From positions 1 to 13,029 of the forward strand of contig MTSL01000123.1 of the NCBI GenBank assembly GCA_002794465.1: DNA of 13,029 nucleotides, given 5' to 3'. Under the pieces are notes generated by a model. It ran no database searches, had not been told where the DNA came from, and saw nothing but the letters and a program-made list of their open reading frames with translations. This document shows, in pieces, positions 7,965-13,029 of this stretch. Numbering within the stretch: position 1 is the first letter of the stretch; every line of letters begins with the position of its first letter. The position numbers were made by a program, and so were the translations under genes. This stretch comes from Paramicrosporidium saccamoebae KSL3 (taxonomy: Eukaryota; Fungi; Cryptomycota).

Positions 7965-8099
7965 CTAATGAAATGCGCGCGTAATCCATGCGTAGTACAT
8001 TCGCAATATCCGCGTAAACCATGTATAGTACAGGCGCAATGCCCGCATAGCCCATGCGTAGTACAGGCGTATTATTCGTATCATCAATGCGTCGTACAT
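7965..8099 (-). CDS. Putative 44-aa micro-protein of 11-residue repeats: MYDALMIR-IIRLYYAWAMR-ALRLYYTWFTR-ILRMYYAWITR-AFH
   Basis: Changes between units in this frame are synonymous (Arg CGC/CGA, CGA/CGG/CGC; Tyr TAC/TAT) or conservative (I/V/L, M/L). An AT-rich element lies upstream, and C at -1 of the ATG matches most other genes here. It falls below the ORF-track length cutoff. Confidence 0.55.
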   Translation of the reverse strand: MYDALMIRIIRLYYAWAMRALRLYYTWFTRILRMYYAWITRAFH

Positions 8100-8109
8100 G
8101 CGTACAATC
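7978..8109. repeat. 33-bp tandem repeat, 4 copies, no indels
   Basis: Units: CGCGTAATCCATGCGTAGTACATTCGCAATATC / CGCGTAAACCATGTATAGTACAGGCGCAATGCC / CGCATAGCCCATGCGTAGTACAGGCGTATTATT / CGTATCATCAATGCGTCGTACATGCGTACAATC. Confidence 0.95.
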
Positions 8110-8452
8110 TAACTCTGCGATTACAATTAATTAAAAATTGAGAGTATATCCTGACCGCTGTGACCTGGGCTAAAGGATCTTTGTTGATGCCATGTCAGAT
8201 ACTCATCGTGTATACGCCATCTAGCTTCCATGTTCTTTTCTAATTGCTTCTTTCATTTGTCTGGCCAGACGCAGAGGATATTAACCCGCCGGCCTCTTTG
8301 GAAGCAGTCTGACGGTAGCTGACCTTGCCCAACCACAACTCTGGCAGCGCACTCATACTTTGTGTTATCGCTGTTACACCTATCCACAACGATATAGTCC
8401 TTCTATTCCTGTTTACCGCTCTTCTAGCTCAGAGTTTATTTATAGCAACAAG

Positions 8453-8557
8453 TGCTATCCCACAAAACTTTGACCCGATAAATCTAATCTGATTTCTTAT
8501 CTGCTTTGCCTATAAATGCCCGGCCCGCAGTCACTGAGTGTAGACTCTGCATGAATA
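8453..8557 (+). promoter_or_regulatory. Promoter of paralog A: TGCTATCCC (8453), ATCTGAT (8487), GCC-TATAAAT (8511)-GCCCGGCCCGCAG, ATG 8551
   Basis: The same motifs in the same order and near-identical spacing recur upstream of paralog B. Confidence 0.65.
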
Positions 8558-9177
8558 TCTCTGCGACTGTCGCGGGCTTTTTACTCTGTTTGGCGGACCT
8601 GTGGCAGCGGCTGACGGGGCTACATGGTCTTATGGAGTTGGGGGAGGGCTGATGCTTGCTTTTGTTGCGATACTATGGCATCACCACAAGAGCGAAAGAG
8701 ATTGCCAGAGGCGGAGCGACGAACAACTCGGTGGACTGTGCCCTAATGATTCATGGGACTCCACAACCACCTTTAACCAGGCACTTTCAGAGAGAGTGCT
8801 TTGATGGACTGACATTCAATGACCTGAGGAGCTTTGGAAGGAATGCCGGGCTGCTGCTATTCACAGAGCCCTCCGAAGCTTCTCGGTGTCGAAAATGGTT
8901 TGTGGAATGTGCAGTCATATTAAACCACTACAGCACAGCAAACGGAATGGGACTGGTTGCCATCGTGCAATATGTATGGAAAAAAGCGTCTGGTCAAGTA
9001 GTGCGCTACAGTCTCACGTTCAATGCCTTTCGGCGTCTAAACGATGAGCATCGGGAAACGTTGCGCGAGAGCTTACACAGGGAGTATCCGGACGACCCTG
9101 TACTTTGCAGTTGTAGACAATACTCTTGGAAACCGGTGAATGCTTCAACCGCGCACCGATTCTATAAATCGTTATAG
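8551..9177 (+). pseudogene. Disrupted tandem paralog (A) of the 9560-10462 membrane protein; C-terminal domain frame intact
   Basis: Starts MNISATVAGFLLCL (B: MTVTGFILCL). A 13-bp deletion between TGTTTGG repeats shifts the homologous TM segment into frame 8601-8804. A second deletion of ~160 bp near 8783 returns to the original frame (HFQRECFDGLTFNDLRSFGRNAGLLLFTEPSEASRCRKWFVECA). TGA at 8650-8652 blocks the ATG frame. Confidence 0.7.
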
Positions 9178-9462
9178 GCGATAAATCCAATCTTGAAATA
9201 TTCTGTCCAAACCTGGGTTAGTGATTGTATCGTGAAATTATTCAATGATGCAATTGGTAATCCGGGTTTGAATTGTAACAATAGGTCCGGTATCAAAACT
9301 GCCGATAAATCATGAATCTATTATCTCATATCATTGAGTGCTTTGGAAACCCCCTATTTTAATCGGCCGATTCTCGACAAGAACTTTTATTCACTCTAAA
9401 ACCCTTTATGGGGATCCTAGAACACTCAGCTAATCAACGTTGTCCTTGTATGGTAGTGGAAT

Positions 9463-9566
9463 TGCTATCCCCTATCATTTATCCCATACACTTTTGGATC
9501 TGATCACTCTGGTATCGCCTATAAATACCCCGGCCCCCAGCCACCAGTTTAGCCTCCGCATGAATA
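9463..9566 (+). promoter_or_regulatory. Promoter of paralog B: TGCTATCCC (9463), ATCTGAT (9498), GCC-TATAAAT (9520)-ACCCCGGCCCCCAG, ATG 9560
   Basis: TATA-to-ATG distance is 40 bp in both paralogs. TGCTATCCC-to-TATA is 57 bp here versus 58 bp in A. Confidence 0.65.
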
Positions 9567-10462
9567 CCATCGCAGCCGTCTTTACCCTCATAGGCGCCCT
9601 TGTGGCTGGGCTAGTCGCATATATTCTCGGCATCCAATGCATTTATAGTAGACGGCAGGAGTGGATGACTGTTACGGGGTTCATACTCTGTTTGGTGGCG
9701 TTGTTTGGCGGACCCGTGGCAGCGGCCGGTGGAACTGTTTGGTCCTATGGAATTGGGGGAGGACTGGTCTGTTGCCTTCTTGTGCTTTTGTGGAATTGTT
9801 ACAAGAGCGACAAGGACGAACAAGCTGAGATACTGAGACTCGAAACATCGCAGGACCCTTTCCATCAGGCGTTACTGGTTTGCCTTGCTCGGAATCGGCT
9901 CACTTTTTAGGCTGCTGTGAAGCGATATGGAAGGGTCGACTCATCAATTCTCCCCCAACTGTCCATGCCAATGATGCGACGTGTGTATGCAACTCGTTTG
10001 GCTGAAGGCCAGCGGCTGCTGACTTTGGATGACTTTCGCGAAGAATGCTTCTACGACTTGTCCTTCAAGGACACGAGCAACTTTGGAAGGAACGCCGGAA
10101 TGTTGATATTCACAGAGCCTTCCGAGTCTGATCGCTGTCGGAAGTGGTTCGTAGAGTGTGCAATTCTCTTGAGACGCTACAGCACGGCGAAAGATAAGGA
10201 GCTGGTTGATATTGTGCGTTATGTATGGCAGGAGAGCGTGATGAGCCCCGAAGTTTGCTACAAGTTTACATTGGATGCCGTACAACGTTTAAAGGGCAAA
10301 TATAAAGAAATGCTATGCCAAGCCTTGCACGAGAAGCATCCAGACAATCTCTGGCTCAAAACTCATCTGCCCCAGTCTTCAGGCATGGACGAAAATGTAT
10401 TCAGCTCCAATCGTGACCCGCTCCTGGGTCCAGTGGCAAAGACAAAGGTTTCCGGACACTGA
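9560..10462 (+). CDS. Orphan membrane protein (paralog B): ~3 N-terminal hydrophobic segments plus a helical soluble domain; two in-frame ORFs joined across TAG 9908-9910
   Basis: ATG 9560 (MNTIAAVF...) follows the shared promoter. ORF 9917-10462 is in frame immediately after the TAG. A candidate 33-nt phase-0 intron at 9878-9910 (GTTTGC...GCTCACTTTTTAG) gives 289 aa, or the TAG is read through. Homology to 8551-9177 spans both parts. Ends TGA. Confidence 0.8.
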
Positions 10463-10816
10463 ATCTGAGCCCGACCACGAACGATGGTCAGAATAGTGGT
10501 GAAGCGGAAGATTCAGCTTGGAAATGTTAATTAATAAAACACGCACAATTGCCTTTGTAAGGATTCGGATTTGGGCCACCATAAATAACCGGGTCATTGA
10601 TCAATAACTTTTATTTGTCGCGTAGTGAGGAAGATGCCACGGACAAAGTCGCCACCACGTCACCTCTTGTTTACTGCTGATACTAAAATCGTGCGAATAC
10701 CGGCCTCACCATCCTCAAATACCCGGCTAGTCAATCCACTCTATCACACCGCAATACGATTATTAATCAGCGCTGGCTCAATTATTTTATAATGAGCGTT
10801 ATTTGTGTAATGGTTC

Positions 10817-12961
10817 TCACTTTTTGCGTTTGTCCTCCATCCACTCTTTAAAATATTGATCATTCCGGTTCGGTTGAGTTGGAAGTATTTGACACTCTTC
10901 CCACAACCAATCCAGGACATTGTATTTCCACATATCACTACTTCTCATTGCCGCATTGGCGGCCCCTACTGTGCACGCCAATAATGGCTTGCTTGTGCGT
11001 ATCACCTCCAAAATGTCAACTCTACCTTTTGATGCAGCGAGGCTCACAAGGGCAGTGGTTGCTTGCAATCCTTCCTCAAGCAGCCACTTGAACACTTGCA
11101 AGTGGCCCAGTCGAATAGCATGGTCCATCATGCCTGGTTCAACCTTGGCATTAGCGGCCGCTGATTTGATCTGTTTGAGGGCTTGTAGCATCAACTCATC
11201 GGGTACAGAGCTCAGTGTGTAATAAAACGCTTTCAGACTTGGCCGTTCACCCTTGAGGGGGTGGCTCAGTATCCACTCCATTTCATCCTGATTCTGCTGT
11301 ATGGTAGCGTAGATGAAGCACTCTGTCACGTTGATAAAAGGATATCCAAACACGAACGTTAGTCTGTCGTTTTCGAACGTAAAAACCATGTGCAAAGCGG
11401 CATAATGGCCCATTTCACAAGATTTCTTCACAGAATGATTATCCGGGAGAACTTTGAATTTAGCGTAAACCCAATCGAGGATTTCAGCGTGCCCACACGT
11501 TGCTGCACGATTCGCTATAGTCTGCTTCGAACCATCAGAGATCTCCAGGTCTGCAAGGTTACTCTGCAACTCTTCCTCTTTTCCATCCGCTGCTAATAGC
11601 ACAAGGTTTGTATCACTTGAAAATGCAATTTTGGCATCATCTCGAAGATAATCGATGATTTTACGAGAGTCAGGGCCCACATAAGACTGGCAAATCGCAT
11701 GGTTCCAATCAATCTGATCTTCAAACCTGATTAGTAGCTATTCGATGAACTCTAAGCGTCCTGAATCGATGATTTTGCTCACTTGGTAAATGTTTGGGGG
11801 GACCAACTTTTTCTCCTTTTCTCCATTCCTCCATTTCCCCTTTTCGTACAGCCACGTTGCTACGTCAAGACTGCCTTTATCGATAGCAATGTTGCACAGA
11901 CGCTCATGGTTGAAATCAGGATCTCCCTGGGGTATTTCCTGTAACAGTGCCAGACAGTTATTTCCGGCAAGCCATTCTGTATATTTGGAGTGGACTGTTG
12001 CTATACCATTCTGTAGTCTCAGGCAGCCTTTTGGGATTCGGTCATAGCCAAAATGTAAGAGATATTGAAGCGCTTTAGCCTTCTTTACTGAGTGAGGGGC
12101 AATGCGGCTGGTGTCGAGGTGCAAATTCTGGTTAGAATTAATGATTTGGTCAATGATATGGGGCGGCCCGTATTCCGCCATCAAGTCCACATCCTTTGCA
12201 ATACCCTCAATCATTTCTGAATAGAAGTGATTAAGGATATTGAGTGCATCAAACTTGAGAATTTGTACACGCAATTCGTCTTTTGACAATTCACTTAAAA
12301 ACGGTCGATCACGCATCACCTCGTAGAATTTAATATTGTCGGCCTTGAAGATCATTGGCCAGAATTCATTCCACTGAAATTCCTGTCGACCCGAAATATC
12401 CTCGATAAAGGCTAGAGTTCCACATGTCATGGCCCGGGCCCAGTGCATCTGTGCATCATCTTCCCAAATCGGGTAGTACATGAGAAATTTCGGGACCTCG
12501 TAGTATTTGTGGTCGAGTGCTTGTTGCACAATTGTTTCAACATTAAGCGCAATTGCGGGACAGTCGGACGCTATGAACCCTGCAAAGGTGTAATAATCAG
12601 CAATGTCTGCATTATTTGCTTTTGCAAGCTCCCCAAGCATCTTGAGGGTGAAATCGAGAGATTCGAGATCCAGTTGGCTTCCATGTTTAGCCATTTCGTT
12701 CTGATGTATAAAGAGGTCTTTTCCCGGCTGTATTTTTGAGAGAATCGTGAAAATGTGACCAGCCGGCGTATTGAGATCCAAGCCAGCGCCTAATTCAGCA
12801 AGCGAGCCCAGTTTTGCGCGCTTTTTCGGACGCTCTTCGTCGCTATCAGCAGACCTTTTGCGCTTGTCCGAGCGCTCTTCACCGCTAATAGAAGAGCACT
12901 GAAGCTCTTGAAACCAACTGGCTATGCAGAACGATAGGGAAAGGAGCAGCACAAACTTCAT
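10817..12961 (-). CDS. Large (~706-714 aa) signal-peptide + bipartite-NLS protein with degenerate ankyrin-like repeats; ORFs 11738-12961 and 10817-11680 are one frame split by a single TAG (11740-11738)
   Basis: Signal peptide MKFVLLLSLSFCIASWFQELQCS, then KRKRSADSDEERPKKRAK. Repeats: AIDKGSLDVATWLY, IIDSGRLEFIE*LL, AATCGHAEILDWVY, AIRLGHLQVFKWLL, AASKGRVDILEVIR. The 19 codons between the TAG and the GTG at 11680 are open (LLIRFEDQIDWNHAICQSY). Ends TGA. Confidence 0.85.
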
Positions 12962-13029
12962 GTCGAGTACCCTGGTCGTTTACCTCGGTTTGTTGTATAG
13001 TCCCGATCGATGTGGGTTATCGAGTGTTG

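Noticed and set aside
7978-8109. CRISPR-like array
   Set aside because: The units are contiguous with no unique spacers, there are no cas genes, and the context is eukaryotic.
7968-8141. Plus-strand 57-aa Cys-repeat ORF (MKCARNPCVVHSQYP...) over the same array
   Set aside because: Substitutions between units are mostly radical in this frame, while the minus frame shows synonymous and conservative changes. It is not fully excluded.
9440-9559. TTG-initiated N-terminal extension of paralog B
   Set aside because: It runs through the TATA and promoter motifs shared with paralog A; ATG 9560 matches A's ATG 8551.
10630-10795. Short ~54-codon plus-strand ORF (MPRTKSPP...) and promoter-like AAATACCCGGC in the convergent gap
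   Set aside because: No homology, repeat or compositional support; compatible with chance.

Overview
This is a gene-dense eukaryotic nuclear window with very short spliceosomal introns (28-32 nt) and intergenic gaps as small as 47 bp. That resembles a compact early-diverging fungal relative such as Rozellomycota/Paramicrosporidium, which is an inference only. The left half holds minus-strand housekeeping genes: OGFOD1/Tpa1, a Rab escort protein, lipoyl(octanoyl)transferase LipB/LIPT2, a universal stress protein and eIF3j, plus one secreted orphan. The right half is an accessory block: a secreted protein ending in a discoidin/F5-8C-like domain, a 33-bp coding repeat micro-ORF, a tandem pair of membrane-protein paralogs (one disrupted) and a large ankyrin-like repeat protein with a signal peptide and NLS. 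The main surprise is in-frame TAG codons that split accessory ORFs. In two unrelated domains the TAG falls exactly on the conserved Trp position, while the five housekeeping genes as modelled here end in TAA or TGA. This suggests UAG-to-Trp decoding (A-to-I restorative editing or codon reassignment), with nonsense mutation and micro-introns as alternatives.
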